Source: Chthonomonas calidirosea
GTDB taxonomy: Bacteria; Armatimonadota; Fimbriimonadia; Fimbriimonadales; Fimbriimonadaceae
Length of the DNA stretch: 64,000 bases
Assembly: GCA_945859975.1 (NCBI GenBank)
Contig: CAMAPH010000005.1
Coordinates: forward strand, 37,977 to 101,976
Direction of reading: 5' to 3'
Numbering within the stretch: the first letter of the stretch is position 1; each line of letters begins with the position of its first letter. This document shows, one piece after another, positions 49,835 to 59,875 of this stretch. Position numbers and translations under genes: made by a program. The notes beneath the pieces were generated by a model. That model saw nothing but the letters and a program-made list of their open reading frames with translations. It searched no databases and had not been told where the DNA came from.

Positions 49835-50626
49835 TCACCCCTGCGGGTCTTTCAAATTTTTATTGAGTCTGCTGTCTTTGGGGCGACGTTCATATCGAAC
49901 GCGCATGAGGCACAATCCGCGCGCCGGCAATACCACCGGCCACTGAATGTTTTCCCGCTCCTTGAGTTCAAGGAGTTTGCTGACCTCTTCGACGGGGCGG
50001 TAACCACGACCTACTTCTAGAATCGCTCCCGACATTCTTCGCATCATTCCGCGAAGAAAAGCGGTACCAACCACGTCCACCCACACCTCATCTCGCACCC
50101 GGTTTACTTCGAAACGAAAGATTTTCCTCACTGTGTTGAGCGTGTGAAAATCCAGTTCCTCGGTAAAAGCGCGGAAATCGTGTTCTCCAAGGAAGACCTC
50201 TGCGGCAGCTTGCATCCGCTCCAGATTGAGCGGTTTGCCATAGCAGTGGTGAAAGCGGCTTCGATGCGGATCGGGATCTCCGGTAGAGATCCGATAGCGA
50301 TACCAGCGATCTTGAGCGTAAAACCGACTGTTGAATTCCGGCTGAACCTTCTTTGCAGAAACCACCGCCAAATCTGGCGGCAGAACTTTGTTCAATACGC
50401 TCGGCCACTTTTCGACCGGAATTCCTCGGTGCGTATCGAAGTGGCAGACTTGCCCTTTCGCGTGCGCTCCGGAGTCCGTTCGACTGGCTCCTTGAATCTC
50501 GATTTCCTCGCCCGAGACTAGGCGAACAGCATTCGTCAATGTGCTCTGAACAGTTCTCTGCTCAGTTTGTGCGGCCCAGCCGCGGAAGTCGGTGCCATCG
50601 TAGGCAACTACAAGTTTAAGTCTCAT
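49835..50626 (-). CDS. truA: tRNA pseudouridine(38-40) synthase
   Basis: YDGTDFRGW, ASRTDSGAHA, HDFRAF, FLRGMMR. Confidence 0.96.
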   Translation of the reverse strand: MRLKLVVAYDGTDFRGWAAQTEQRTVQSTLTNAVRLVSGEEIEIQGASRTDSGAHAKGQVCHFDTHRGIPVEKWPSVLNKVLPPDLAVVSAKKVQPEFNSRFYAQDRWYRYRISTGDPDPHRSRFHHCYGKPLNLERMQAAAEVFLGEHDFRAFTEELDFHTLNTVRKIFRFEVNRVRDEVWVDVVGTAFLRGMMRRMSGAILEVGRGYRPVEEVSKLLELKERENIQWPVVLPARGLCLMRVRYERRPKDSRLNKNLKDPQG

Positions 50627-50643
50627 AGTCCGGTTACCCGGAC

Positions 50644-51096
50644 TTAGTCAACGAGTTCTAGAACAGCCTGCGGAGCGGCGTCGCCACGTCGTGGCGCGAG
50701 CTTCGTCAGTCGGGTGTAGCCACCCGGTCGGTTCTTAACGCGAGGACCGATGTTGTCAAAAAGGTGCTTGACGAGATCTTCGCCGTTGATCAGACTTCGC
50801 GCGGCGAGAATTTCGGTCTTCTCTGCGGCGGTCTTTCCTGCGAGGACCTTCTCTGGCTTTGGCGAGCTGCTGCTGTGGCCAACGAGAACCTTTCGGGCTC
50901 GGCGTCGTGCTTCCAGCCCATCCTCGAGCTTGGTCAGAGTGATGAGCTTTTCAACCAGTCGTTGAAGCTCCTTAGCTCGTCCGAGGGTCGTTCGGAGGTA
51001 GCCGTGTCGAATGAACTGCCGCTGCAAATTGGTGAGCAGCGCCATGCGCTGATCTGTTGGCAGTCCGAGTTTACGGTGATCAACTTTGTGTCTCAT
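50644..51096 (-). CDS. rplQ: 50S ribosomal protein L17 with internal insertion
   Basis: MRH..KLG, TT..RAKE, RPGGYTR, RRGDAA. Confidence 0.96.
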   Translation of the reverse strand: MRHKVDHRKLGLPTDQRMALLTNLQRQFIRHGYLRTTLGRAKELQRLVEKLITLTKLEDGLEARRRARKVLVGHSSSSPKPEKVLAGKTAAEKTEILAARSLINGEDLVKHLFDNIGPRVKNRPGGYTRLTKLAPRRGDAAPQAVLELVD

Positions 51097-51135
51097 GCTT
51101 GTTTCCTGGTTCCGTTTCCGGCGGACTGCCGGTGG

Positions 51136-52125
51136 TTAGAATTCGTCCTCCTCGTCATCGTCGAGGGTGTCCAGAATGCGTACGCCGCCCTTCGGTGGCT
51201 TCATTTCCAGACCGTGCTCACCCAGCTTGTCTCGAACTTCAACCAAGGATTTCTTGCCGAAGCCTCGAATGGAGGTGAGATCAGATTCGCTGGTGGCTGC
51301 CAGGGCGCGCAGGGTCAAAATACCAGCGCGTCGAAGGCAGTTAAACGTTCGTTGGGAGAAATCGAGTTCTTCGATGCGAAGGTCAGGCACGTTCTTGAGC
51401 AACGCAGAATCTTCGTCAAGCTCAATACCAATGCTGGCTTCGTAGCCGGCTTCTCCAAGGTCGCTAAACATTTCGAAGAACTTCACGAGAATTCGCGAAG
51501 CCTGAGAAAGAGCGTCGTTCGGAGCGATCGCGCCGTTGGTGAAAATGTCGAGCACAAGTCGCTCGTAGTCGGTTCGCATTCCGACGCGGGTGGCTTCTAC
51601 CGTGAAGTTCACCTTGGTGATCGGCGTGTACTGCGCACCGAAAGGAATGACTCCGATGATGCCCTTGTACTTGTCCTGCTTCTCTGGAAGCACATAGCCC
51701 GTTCCCCATCCAACGTAAAGTTCGATGGACAGACTGGATTCGTCGCTAATCGTCGCGAGATACATCTCTGGATTCGCGATGCTGAAGCCTTCTGGGCAAA
51801 CGATGTCAGCGCCGGTCACGCGACCAGGACCCTTGACATCGATGTGGAGAACGACTTCTTCCGCAAAACTCTCTGGCGTCGCCTTGATTGCCAAATCCTT
51901 AAGGTTCAGCATCATTTGCGTTACGTCTTCCTTCACGCCTGGAATTGGCGCGAACTCGTGAGCAACCTTGTCAATCTTAAGCGCAGAGACAGCGGCTCCA
52001 TGGATGGAGCTGAGCAGGACGCGGCGCAGTGCGTTCCCGAGCGTGTGGCCATAGCCACGCTCAAGCGGTTCGAGAATGAACTTCCCGTATTCGGTTTGGA
52101 GATCAAGGGTCGTAATTTGCGGCAT
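51136..52125 (-). CDS. rpoA: RNA polymerase alpha subunit
   Basis: EPLERGYGHTLGNALRRVLLSS, GVKEDV, RTFNCLRRAGI; start placement approximate. Confidence 0.97.
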   Translation of the reverse strand: MPQITTLDLQTEYGKFILEPLERGYGHTLGNALRRVLLSSIHGAAVSALKIDKVAHEFAPIPGVKEDVTQMMLNLKDLAIKATPESFAEEVVLHIDVKGPGRVTGADIVCPEGFSIANPEMYLATISDESSLSIELYVGWGTGYVLPEKQDKYKGIIGVIPFGAQYTPITKVNFTVEATRVGMRTDYERLVLDIFTNGAIAPNDALSQASRILVKFFEMFSDLGEAGYEASIGIELDEDSALLKNVPDLRIEELDFSQRTFNCLRRAGILTLRALAATSESDLTSIRGFGKKSLVEVRDKLGEHGLEMKPPKGGVRILDTLDDDEEDEF

Positions 52126-52179
52126 CGTAATCGTGGGTTGCGGAATGGTGAGGGGAGCCGAAGCCCCCTGCAAGAGAAA

Positions 52180-52572
52180 TCAGACTCGGCGTCGCTTTGG
52201 CGGGCGGCAACCGTTGTGTGGCAGCGGGGTCACATCGACAATAGTCGTGACCTCAAGCCCGGAAGCCTGGAGAGCGCGAATGGCAGTCTCTCGACCGGAA
52301 CCCGGCCCGCGCACCAAAACCTCAACCTTCTTGAGGCCGTGATCCTGGGCGAGTCGGCTGGCTTTGTCGGCGGCAACTTGCGCAGCAAACGGAGTGCCTT
52401 TTCGACTTCCCTTGAAGTTGACGTTTCCGGCGCTGGCCCAAGAAATCGTGTTCCCTCGTGGATCGGTGATCGTAACAAGCGTATTGTTGAACGAAGCGTG
52501 GATATGAGCAACGCCAACCGGAATATTCTTCTTTTCCTTCTGCTTGCCTTTCTGAACTGTCTTTCGTGCCAT
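52180..52572 (-). CDS. rpsK: 30S ribosomal protein S11
   Basis: [31 protein letters not shown]. Confidence 0.98.
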   Translation of the reverse strand: MARKTVQKGKQKEKKNIPVGVAHIHASFNNTLVTITDPRGNTISWASAGNVNFKGSRKGTPFAAQVAADKASRLAQDHGLKKVEVLVRGPGSGRETAIRALQASGLEVTTIVDVTPLPHNGCRPPKRRRV

Positions 52573-52585
52573 AAATCTTTAAGCC

Positions 52586-52963
52586 TTACTTCTTGACCTT
52601 TTTCTTGCCGGCGACCGTCTTGGGCTTACCCTTACGCGTTCGAGCATTACTTCGGGTTCGCTGACCATGAACGGGCAGGCCGCGGGTGTGACGGATTCCG
52701 CGAAGACATCGAATTTCGATGAGTCGGCGAATGTTTCCACCGACTTCTCGGCGAAGGTCTCCTTCAACCTGGTAGTCAGCGTCGATGATCTCTCGAAGCC
52801 GAGTAATGTCCTGCTCCGTGAGGTCACGCACTTTAGTGCGTGGATCGATGCCCGCTTTCGCGACCAGATCATGCACGTTGTGCTTCCCAATCCCGTAAAG
52901 GACCGGAAGAGAGTAAATCACCGCTTTATCGCGCGGAAGGTCAATACCTGCAATTCTCGCCAT
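52586..52963 (-). CDS. rpsM: 30S ribosomal protein S13
   Basis: [29 protein letters not shown]. Confidence 0.98.
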   Translation of the reverse strand: MARIAGIDLPRDKAVIYSLPVLYGIGKHNVHDLVAKAGIDPRTKVRDLTEQDITRLREIIDADYQVEGDLRREVGGNIRRLIEIRCLRGIRHTRGLPVHGQRTRSNARTRKGKPKTVAGKKKVKK

Positions 52964-52977
52964 GCTTCTTTAACGCC

Positions 52978-53091
52978 TTAACCCTGTCGCTGCTTGTGCT
53001 TCGGCACGATGCAGATTACACGCACAACTCCATTGCGCTTGACAATCTTGCACTTATCGCAAATTCGCTTAACACTGGCCCGAACTTTCAT
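52978..53091 (-). CDS. rpmJ: 50S ribosomal protein L36 (zinc-binding type)
   Basis: Not in the ORF track; manual translation [37 protein letters not shown]. Confidence 0.97.
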   Translation of the reverse strand: MKVRASVKRICDKCKIVKRNGVVRVICIVPKHKQRQG

Positions 53092-53357
53092 GTTTCAAAT
53101 CGTCACCCAGACTCGTCCTCACATAAAGCATCGCAATCTCGCCGTGAAATATCGGCGACGCATGCTAGCCATCAGGCACCTGGGCGCAAACAGGAAGGAT
53201 ACCACAACGCCCCTCCCGATCTCGCAATAACTTCTCGCCTGTTTGTGAAAATCCTGCACAGCCCAGTATTTTCACCAGCATCTGTAATCGGGCGTACCCA
53301 ACGGCCGAGCGCCACTACCGCTAGTACTTCTTCACTTGGCCACCCATAATCGAAACT

Positions 53358-53915
53358 GTGGACCCGATCCTCATTCATGTTCCGGACACACTTGTGACGT
53401 CAAGACTTCTTCTTGAGCGGCACTTGCCTGATACCGGAAAGGACCTGTACGCGGCCGCTGCCGCTTCCCAACCCGAGTTGGCGCAGTATTTAGACTGGGC
53501 AGTTGACGGGATTTTCCTTGAACAAGTCGAGTCTCATGTTCGTCGACAGAGCGCGCAATTCACCCTGCGGAACGAACTGAATTACCGCATCTTGAAACGA
53601 TCCGATGGCAGCACAATTGGCGTCACCGGTTTTGTGAAGTGCCAATGGGACATTCGGCAATTTGAAATCGGCTACTGGCTCGCCACCGCCGAGACCGGAA
53701 ACGGATATATGACCGAAGCCTGCAACGCCCTGCTGGAGACAGCACGCACGGCGCTCCAATCCACAAAGCTGATCCTTCGCTGTGACACCCGTAACGTTCA
53801 GAGTGCGAATATCGCGCTTAGTCTAGGGTTTGAACTTGAAGGAACTCACCGACGGTTCCGGCGCGATGCCCACGGAGCGTGGACGGACATCGCTACGTAC
53901 GGCCTGATTACTTGA
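53358..53915 (+). CDS. RimJ/RimL-family GNAT N-acetyltransferase
   Basis: [33 protein letters not shown]. Confidence 0.9.
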   Translation: MDPILIHVPDTLVTSRLLLERHLPDTGKDLYAAAAASQPELAQYLDWAVDGIFLEQVESHVRRQSAQFTLRNELNYRILKRSDGSTIGVTGFVKCQWDIRQFEIGYWLATAETGNGYMTEACNALLETARTALQSTKLILRCDTRNVQSANIALSLGFELEGTHRRFRRDAHGAWTDIATYGLIT

Positions 53916-54165
53916 ATCGGTACGTGATTCGACCCATGGTGAGGTCGTATGGGCTGAGCTCAACCTTCACACGGTCGCCAGGAAGGATTCGAATGTAGTG
54001 CATTCGCATCTTTCCGCTGACGTGAGCAAGAATCTCGCCTTCGGTTTCGTCCAGCTTTACGCGAAATCGGGCATTCGGAAGGTTTTCCAGCACCGAGCCC
54101 TCAAGCTCAATCCCCTTCTCTTTGTCAATGTCCTTTGTTCGCGGCCGGTACGGTCTTCTCGCCAT
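53908..54165 (-). CDS. infA: Translation initiation factor IF-1
   Basis: [30 protein letters not shown]. Confidence 0.97.
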   Translation of the reverse strand: MARRPYRPRTKDIDKEKGIELEGSVLENLPNARFRVKLDETEGEILAHVSGKMRMHYIRILPGDRVKVELSPYDLTMGRITYRFK

Positions 54166-54169
54166 TCTT

Positions 54170-54652
54170 CTACATTGTACCGGGATCGGTCGTGAATCGG
54201 GACATAAGGTCTGCATAAAGGGCGTCGCAGCTTCGGCTTAGCAAGTCGAAACAGTGCTCAAAGTCCGATTCGTTTCCGTAATACGGATCTGGAACATCCG
54301 TCTCTGGTTCACCCAACCAGTCTCTCATGAGGTGAACTTTCTCGGAAACGCTGCCGGGCCAAGCCAACAGGTCGCGGTGATTCTTGCGATCCATCGCGAT
54401 GATGAGGTCAAAATCGCGGAAGTCCAAGCTGTTCACTTGACGGGCCAATGAGTTTGCGGTGACCCCGTTTACCGAACAAACCTTTCGGGTTCTGGGGTTA
54501 GGGAGCTGACCTTCGTGCCAATCGCCCGTACCGGCGGAATCCACCTTCACCCGCCCGCGCAAGGGCCCGGCCGCCACCTTGTGCTTCAAAATCGCTTCCG
54601 CCATCGGGCTACGGCATATGTTGCCTAGGCATACAAAGAGGACCTTGATCAC
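54170..54652 (-). CDS. Low-molecular-weight protein-tyrosine phosphatase
   Basis: [26 protein letters not shown]. Confidence 0.95.
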   Translation of the reverse strand: MIKVLFVCLGNICRSPMAEAILKHKVAAGPLRGRVKVDSAGTGDWHEGQLPNPRTRKVCSVNGVTANSLARQVNSLDFRDFDLIIAMDRKNHRDLLAWPGSVSEKVHLMRDWLGEPETDVPDPYYGNESDFEHCFDLLSRSCDALYADLMSRFTTDPGTM

Positions 54653-54692
54653 GCAGACATAGTGTAACCAAAAGCTTAGGCGCCCACGTTGC

Positions 54693-55604
54693 CTAGCTTC
54701 GTCGGAGCAAGCCGATCGCACATCCGCTCACAGTCAGAACAGCTAGTAAAACGCCCCATACATTAGCGCCGCTACGAGGTTGTTGCATTTGGGATGATTC
54801 TTCTCCATCGTTACCAGAACGAAGTAACTTCTCTCGCTCCAGTTGTTCATCGAGGGTACCGCCTTTCGGATTAAATCTGAAAGCGATCGGCCCTGGGAAC
54901 TGAATGGTCGTCTTCTCGGAGAGATAAGGCAAAATTGACATTGCTTCCGTTCCGGTACTGCGAGCGACCCTCACAATATCAAAAGTCTCGTAAGTCAAGT
55001 GCCGGGGATGGTCGAGCACTGACTCGAACCTGTTCGGGCTGACGCGCAGTTCGGATGCAACCGGCAAGATACTTGCCTCCGCCAGCACAAGAAGCTGGTC
55101 GTTTCCGGTCAGCAAACGGGTCAGATTGTATTGAACTTTACGATCCTGCCTTCTAACACGGTGGTCGAGCACAAACACCGAATTTTCGATTTCTGCAGGT
55201 TCATAAACAGGAAGCGAGGGGTAGTTCTGCCCGATTCTCGGCAACACGTGCAAGAAAGTTGGATCGCACTGACTGTGAACCGTAACTTGATTCTGGACCT
55301 TATCAAACATCCGCTTACCGTCCCATACGGTGACCTTCTCGTATCCGAGTCCTTTGACTTCTATTTTCCAACTGTCCCCTGCTGAGCTGAGAACGACTGT
55401 CCCTGACTCACTTCGCACTTCTGGATGGTCGCCAGACTCAAAGCTTGACACCGTCAAAGGTTGGGTCCTTCTCCATTTTTGCACCTCTTGCTCTCCAAAA
55501 ATGTATCTGCGAGTATACTTAATTTCGTATTCTATGGCTTCCGCAGAAAAACACAAGCTGCACAGGTAAAGCGCAGCAGTGAAAGTGGCTAGTACTTTTT
55601 TCAA
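54693..55604 (-). CDS. Secreted hypothetical protein with C-terminal TM anchor (possibly LolA-like fold)
   Basis: Signal peptide, TVWDGK motif, C-terminal TM followed by RRS; overlaps the upstream gene by 4 nt. Confidence 0.7.
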   Translation of the reverse strand: MKKVLATFTAALYLCSLCFSAEAIEYEIKYTRRYIFGEQEVQKWRRTQPLTVSSFESGDHPEVRSESGTVVLSSAGDSWKIEVKGLGYEKVTVWDGKRMFDKVQNQVTVHSQCDPTFLHVLPRIGQNYPSLPVYEPAEIENSVFVLDHRVRRQDRKVQYNLTRLLTGNDQLLVLAEASILPVASELRVSPNRFESVLDHPRHLTYETFDIVRVARSTGTEAMSILPYLSEKTTIQFPGPIAFRFNPKGGTLDEQLEREKLLRSGNDGEESSQMQQPRSGANVWGVLLAVLTVSGCAIGLLRRS

Positions 55605-55978
55605 TTCGCACTCTCACAGGGAGGAATCTCGCCTCCAACGGAGCAGTTCACGCCCGTATTCGCAAAGTCCGCAACGTTCTGGTATGAAGTTCCACCAGAG
55701 ATGCAAGTCACTACAATCTGCCAATATGGGAACTCTGAGATCAATTCAGTATGGTAGTCAGCAACCCAAATCGTCGCAGGCTTTGCTTCATTTCCAATAA
55801 ATTTGCACCCATTCGTTGCATTGTTTGGAGTACCGCAGTATCCATTCACCCAGTTATCATCAGTACAGACGCTCGGATCCATACCACCAAATGTCTTTGT
55901 GGCTTCGTACGCATGCGGGCAGAGCGCATCCGCCACGCTGCCAAAAACTATTAAAAGTCCGATGAACCAGCGCTTCAT
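55601..55978 (-). CDS. Small secreted Cys-rich protein
   Basis: Signal peptide ..ADA-; 7 Cys in about 107 mature residues. Confidence 0.65.
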   Translation of the reverse strand: MKRWFIGLLIVFGSVADALCPHAYEATKTFGGMDPSVCTDDNWVNGYCGTPNNATNGCKFIGNEAKPATIWVADYHTELISEFPYWQIVVTCISGGTSYQNVADFANTGVNCSVGGEIPPCESAN

Positions 55979-56028
55979 TCTTCAATACTAACACACAACG
56001 ATACAAATCACAACAACATACTGATAAT

Positions 56029-56715
56029 TTAGAATGCACTGATGATTTCTAGGTAGGTTTGTGCTGGCCCGTGGCTGGCGTCGACTCTTTGCAGCGTCGA
56101 GGTCTTCGCGTAGTACTCGATCACCGGCGCGGTAGTTTCCCAGAAGACGCGGATTCGCTCGCGGATCGTGTCTGGCCGGTCGTCTTCTCGAACAAAAAGC
56201 GGGCTGTTGCATCGGTCGCAAACCCCTTCTCGCTTCGGTGGCTTGTTTTTGCTATGATAGATCTCGCCGCACTTGGTGCAACCAATGCGACCAGTGAGCC
56301 GTTGCACGATCACTTCCTGCGGAACCTCTAGACTAACGACCTTATCCAGCCCCTGTTCCAGTTCGAACAGCACTTCGTCCAGTGCTTCCGCCTGCTTGAC
56401 CGTCCGCGGGAATCCGTCGAGAACAAACCCGGACAGCTTGATCTCTGGATCGTGAAGCTGCTTCGACATCATCTCGATCGTGACGCCGTTGGGGACGAGC
56501 TCGCCGTGGTCGATGTACCGCTTAGCCATGCGTCCGAGATCCGTCTGCATCTCGATCTCGTGGCGGAAGATTTCTCCGGACGAGAGGGTTCGTAGCCCGA
56601 GTCGCTCCTTGAGCAATGCACTCATCGTGCCCTTACCGACACCGGGAGGGCCGATCAGCACCAATCGCCGCGGGGGCGTTGCTGCGTGAGGTTGATCTGC
56701 AGGAAGTTGGCTCAT
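56029..56715 (-). CDS. adk: Adenylate kinase with zinc-lid
   Basis: GPPGVGKGT, LDGFPRT, CxxC..CxxC lid, REDD. Confidence 0.96.
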   Translation of the reverse strand: MSQLPADQPHAATPPRRLVLIGPPGVGKGTMSALLKERLGLRTLSSGEIFRHEIEMQTDLGRMAKRYIDHGELVPNGVTIEMMSKQLHDPEIKLSGFVLDGFPRTVKQAEALDEVLFELEQGLDKVVSLEVPQEVIVQRLTGRIGCTKCGEIYHSKNKPPKREGVCDRCNSPLFVREDDRPDTIRERIRVFWETTAPVIEYYAKTSTLQRVDASHGPAQTYLEIISAF

Positions 56716-56740
56716 GGCTAGTGGCAAATGATAATGAAAT

Positions 56741-56772
56741 GAAGGGTCGCCGACGGGTGTCGGCGACCCTTC
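56741..56772. other. 14-bp stem hairpin between secY and adk
   Basis: GAAGGGTCGCCGAC-GGGT-GTCGGCGACCCTTC. Confidence 0.6.
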
Positions 56773-56788
56773 TCCGTACACGTGAACT

Positions 56789-58189
56789 TTACTGGTTGTA
56801 CTGCCGCATCAAAACGCTCGACTCGATCTGTCGCATGGTTTCCAGCGCAACGCTAACCATGATCAGCAGCGAGGTGCCACCGATAACGGAAACGAAGCTG
56901 GCATCAATCCGAGCCAAAGCCGGCGTGACGTACTGCAACAGCGCAACGAGCGCGATGAAGACGGCTCCAACGAGCGTGATCTTTGAGATCACCGCATCCA
57001 AGAAGTCACGGGTCTGCTTACCGGGTCGGACCCCCGGAATAAACGAGCCGTGTCGCTTCAGGTTGTCGGCGATATCCTGGACGTTGTACTGCATCGCCGT
57101 CCAGAAGTAGTTGAAGAACATGATGAGGCTTGTGTAGAACAAGCACCCAATAAGTCCTCGTGGTAGCGGTACCTGCTGGGAGATCGCCTGTCCGTTAGCT
57201 GGGTTCAAGAACGAACCTAGATTTTCGAGCCAAGCGCCCGCCGGCGTGGTCGCGCCACCAAGCATTCCGGCGAACTGACTCGGAATGTAGACCAGCGAGA
57301 CGGCGAAGATGATCGGCATAACGCCCGCCATGTTGAGCGAGAGCGGCAGGTAGTTGGTTTGACCACCCATCGTTTTCGTGCCAACTTGTCGGCGCATGTG
57401 CTGAATCGGAATCTTTCGCTGAGCCGTGGTGAAGTAAACGATGAACCAGGTCGCGGCCAGGAACAAGGCAAGCACCACGATGATGCTCCACCATGCAACC
57501 GTGCCGGTCTGCAGTCCGCGAATGATCGTTTCTGCCTGGTATGGCAAGGAAAGGATAATGCCCGCGAAGATCATGAGGGAGACGCCGTTGCCGATTCCTC
57601 GCTCAGAGATCTGTTCACCCATCCAAAGCTGGAAGATCGAACCTGCCGTCCAGAAGATCAGAATCGTAGCGTTATCAAACGGAGTCAAAGCCGCAATCGC
57701 CGGCACAACTCGCATGTATTGCAAAAAGCCCCAACCTTGGAAGAAGCAAAGCAAGATAGTCAAGCCTCGCGTTCGTTGGTTGTTCTTCTTTCGGGCATAC
57801 TCGCCACCCTCTTGCATGTCCTTCTTCCATTCCGGAATCGCCTGCTGCATGACCTGCATGATGATGCTGGAGGTGATATAGGGGTTTAGACCGAGCGCGA
57901 AGATGGACAGTCGGCGCAGGGCGCCTCCGCCGAACACGTTTAGAAGCTGGAAGAATGGGCTGCCTTTCAGAAGGTCAACAACCTTCTCGGAATCGAAGCC
58001 AGGAACCGGTACCGGAATGTGTACGCCGAGGGCGTACACGGCAAACATGAACAAAACGAAACTCAAGCGCTGCCGGAGATCAGGATCTTCCCAAGCGCGC
58101 TTGATAGTTTCGGCAAGGGGCAGTGAGAGCCCCTTGTCGCTTTTTCGACCAGAATTGGTCGAGTTCCCGCTATATGCGGAAGGAATCAC
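56789..58189 (-). CDS. secY: Preprotein translocase subunit SecY
   Basis: SIFALGLNPYITSSII, GIGNGVSLMIF, IPGVRPG, GGTSLLI. Confidence 0.98.
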   Translation of the reverse strand: MIPSAYSGNSTNSGRKSDKGLSLPLAETIKRAWEDPDLRQRLSFVLFMFAVYALGVHIPVPVPGFDSEKVVDLLKGSPFFQLLNVFGGGALRRLSIFALGLNPYITSSIIMQVMQQAIPEWKKDMQEGGEYARKKNNQRTRGLTILLCFFQGWGFLQYMRVVPAIAALTPFDNATILIFWTAGSIFQLWMGEQISERGIGNGVSLMIFAGIILSLPYQAETIIRGLQTGTVAWWSIIVVLALFLAATWFIVYFTTAQRKIPIQHMRRQVGTKTMGGQTNYLPLSLNMAGVMPIIFAVSLVYIPSQFAGMLGGATTPAGAWLENLGSFLNPANGQAISQQVPLPRGLIGCLFYTSLIMFFNYFWTAMQYNVQDIADNLKRHGSFIPGVRPGKQTRDFLDAVISKITLVGAVFIALVALLQYVTPALARIDASFVSVIGGTSLLIMVSVALETMRQIESSVLMRQYNQ

Positions 58190-58665
58190 TCGGCCTCCGT
58201 CTTGCCCTTCTTGACTTTCTCAAGCGGAACAACGAGGGCCTGTCCACCTTTAGCTTCGATCGCCTCAACGGCGGTCTTGCTAAATTTCTGGGCCTTAACG
58301 ATCAGCTTCTTCTCAAGGGTGCCGAAGGCCAAAACCTTAACGCCATCCTTGTGAGCAGAAACGATGCCGGTCTTGTAGAGCTCAGCAACCGTAACTTCCG
58401 CGCCATCTTCGAAGAGGTTCTGAAGGTCATCCAGGTTAACAATCGCAAATTCCTTTGCGTTGATGTTTCGGAAACCCTTCTTGACCGGGGCTCGGCGCTG
58501 GATTGGGGTTTGTCCACCCTCAAAGTTCGGGTGGATCTGTCGGCGAGCCTGCTGTCCTTTCGAACCTCGGGTTGCCGTTTTACCCATGCCCGAGCCGATA
58601 CCTCGACCGATACGTCGCTTCGGTCGTGTACCACCCTTACCGGGATTAAATTTGTGCAATGCCAT
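58186..58665 (-). CDS. rplO: 50S ribosomal protein L15
   Basis: RIGRGIGSG.GKT..RG.KGQ, FEGGQTP. Confidence 0.97.
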   Translation of the reverse strand: MALHKFNPGKGGTRPKRRIGRGIGSGMGKTATRGSKGQQARRQIHPNFEGGQTPIQRRAPVKKGFRNINAKEFAIVNLDDLQNLFEDGAEVTVAELYKTGIVSAHKDGVKVLAFGTLEKKLIVKAQKFSKTAVEAIEAKGGQALVVPLEKVKKGKTEAE

Positions 58666-58699
58666 TTTCTAAATCTCCTAGTGCCTAGTGTACGTAGGC

Positions 58700-58954
58700 T
58701 TAGTGCGTCTCGGGGGGCTTATGGTCCCGGGTCAGGGCGCGTCGCTTAATGAGTCGCGCATCGATAAGGATTTCGCCGGTTTCCTGATTCGTGACGATCA
58801 CCATGTGGCGAATCGCGTGAACCATGCCTCGGATGCTTGGCGTGTCTTCTTTGACAACTTCGCGACCTGGGCGAGCGAGGCCGAGAGCTACACACGTCGC
58901 GCGGTTGCGCGGCGTTTGGCCAATCGGACTTCGGAAAAGCTTAATGTGCAGCAT
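58700..58954 (-). CDS. rpmD: 50S ribosomal protein L30 with C-terminal extension
   Basis: Real start at 58954: MLHIKLFRSPIG..ALGL..DTPSIRGMV; position between rpsE and rplO. Confidence 0.93.
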   Translation of the reverse strand: MLHIKLFRSPIGQTPRNRATCVALGLARPGREVVKEDTPSIRGMVHAIRHMVIVTNQETGEILIDARLIKRRALTRDHKPPETH

Positions 58955-59513
58955 CTGCTTCCTCCTTTCGTGCCTTCTCAATCCATGGAGTGAGCTTTCG
59001 CACATCCACGCTTCGTCGAGCGGCAATCTCTTCTGGGGACTGGAGTCCTCGGAACGCTTCGATCGTGGCGTACGCCATGTTGATCGCGTTTCGGCTTCCC
59101 AGCGACTTCGATAGAACGTCGTGGACGCCCGCAGCTTCAAGGCAAGCGCGCACTGCGCCTCCGGCCTTAACGCCGGTTCCCGGAGCAGCCGGTCGGAGAA
59201 CGACCTGCGCCGTTCCACTGATGGCTCGGATTTCGTGCGGAATCGTGCTTCCAATCATCGGAACCAAGAACATCGACTTTCGGGCAGCTTCTTCCGCCTT
59301 TCGAATCGCGTCTGGAATGCCGCGAGCTTTTCCAAGCCCAACGCCAACCTGGCCCTTGTTGTCGCCGACCACCACGAGGATGGACCAGCTAGCCGTCTTA
59401 CCACCCTTGGTGGTCTTGAAGACTTTGTTGGTTCGAATCACGCGAACGTCGAGTTGCGGTCCTTCTGTAAAGCGGCTCTCTCGTTTGCCGCTCATTCGGT
59501 TCATCATTCGCAT
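58941..59513 (-). CDS. rpsE: 30S ribosomal protein S5
   Basis: KTTKGG, VVGD..G.VG.G.GKA, PAAPGTG, KSLGS.N. Confidence 0.97.
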   Translation of the reverse strand: MRMMNRMSGKRESRFTEGPQLDVRVIRTNKVFKTTKGGKTASWSILVVVGDNKGQVGVGLGKARGIPDAIRKAEEAARKSMFLVPMIGSTIPHEIRAISGTAQVVLRPAAPGTGVKAGGAVRACLEAAGVHDVLSKSLGSRNAINMAYATIEAFRGLQSPEEIAARRSVDVRKLTPWIEKARKEEADAAH

Positions 59514-59516
59514 GGT

Positions 59517-59867
59517 TTAAAAGTCTAAGCCTCCTTCACGAGCGCCATCTGCAAGCGCCGCCACTCGGCCGTGGTATCGGAAGCCACCGCGGTCGAAGAC
59601 GATGGCATCGATGCCCTTCGCTTTCGCTCGCTCGGCTAGCTTGAGACCAACCTGCTTCGCACCCTCGGCGTTGCCACCTACGACTTCCTTCTCGATGGAA
59701 GATGCCGCTGCGACAGTGTTGCCGGTGGTGTCGTCGATCAACTGTGCACTGATGTGCTTCAAACTTCGAAAAACGCTCAAGCGCGGTCGCTCGGCGGTGC
59801 CGGTAATACTTTTTCGGATTCGGGCATGCCGGGCAAGGCGCAGTTCCTGTCGGGTTTTGTTCGCCAT
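59517..59867 (-). CDS. rplR: 50S ribosomal protein L18
   Basis: [21 protein letters not shown]. Confidence 0.97.
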   Translation of the reverse strand: MANKTRQELRLARHARIRKSITGTAERPRLSVFRSLKHISAQLIDDTTGNTVAAASSIEKEVVGGNAEGAKQVGLKLAERAKAKGIDAIVFDRGGFRYHGRVAALADGAREGGLDF

Positions 59868-59875
59868 TGTTTTCC

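Noticed and set aside
50764..52596. 610-aa plus-strand ORF
   Set aside because: Antisense shadow of rplQ-rpoA-rpsK; no recognisable motifs.
58955..59254. N-terminal extension of the 184-aa ORF containing L30
   Set aside because: Overlaps rpsE; the real rpmD start is ATG 58954, preceded by an AGGAGG SD.
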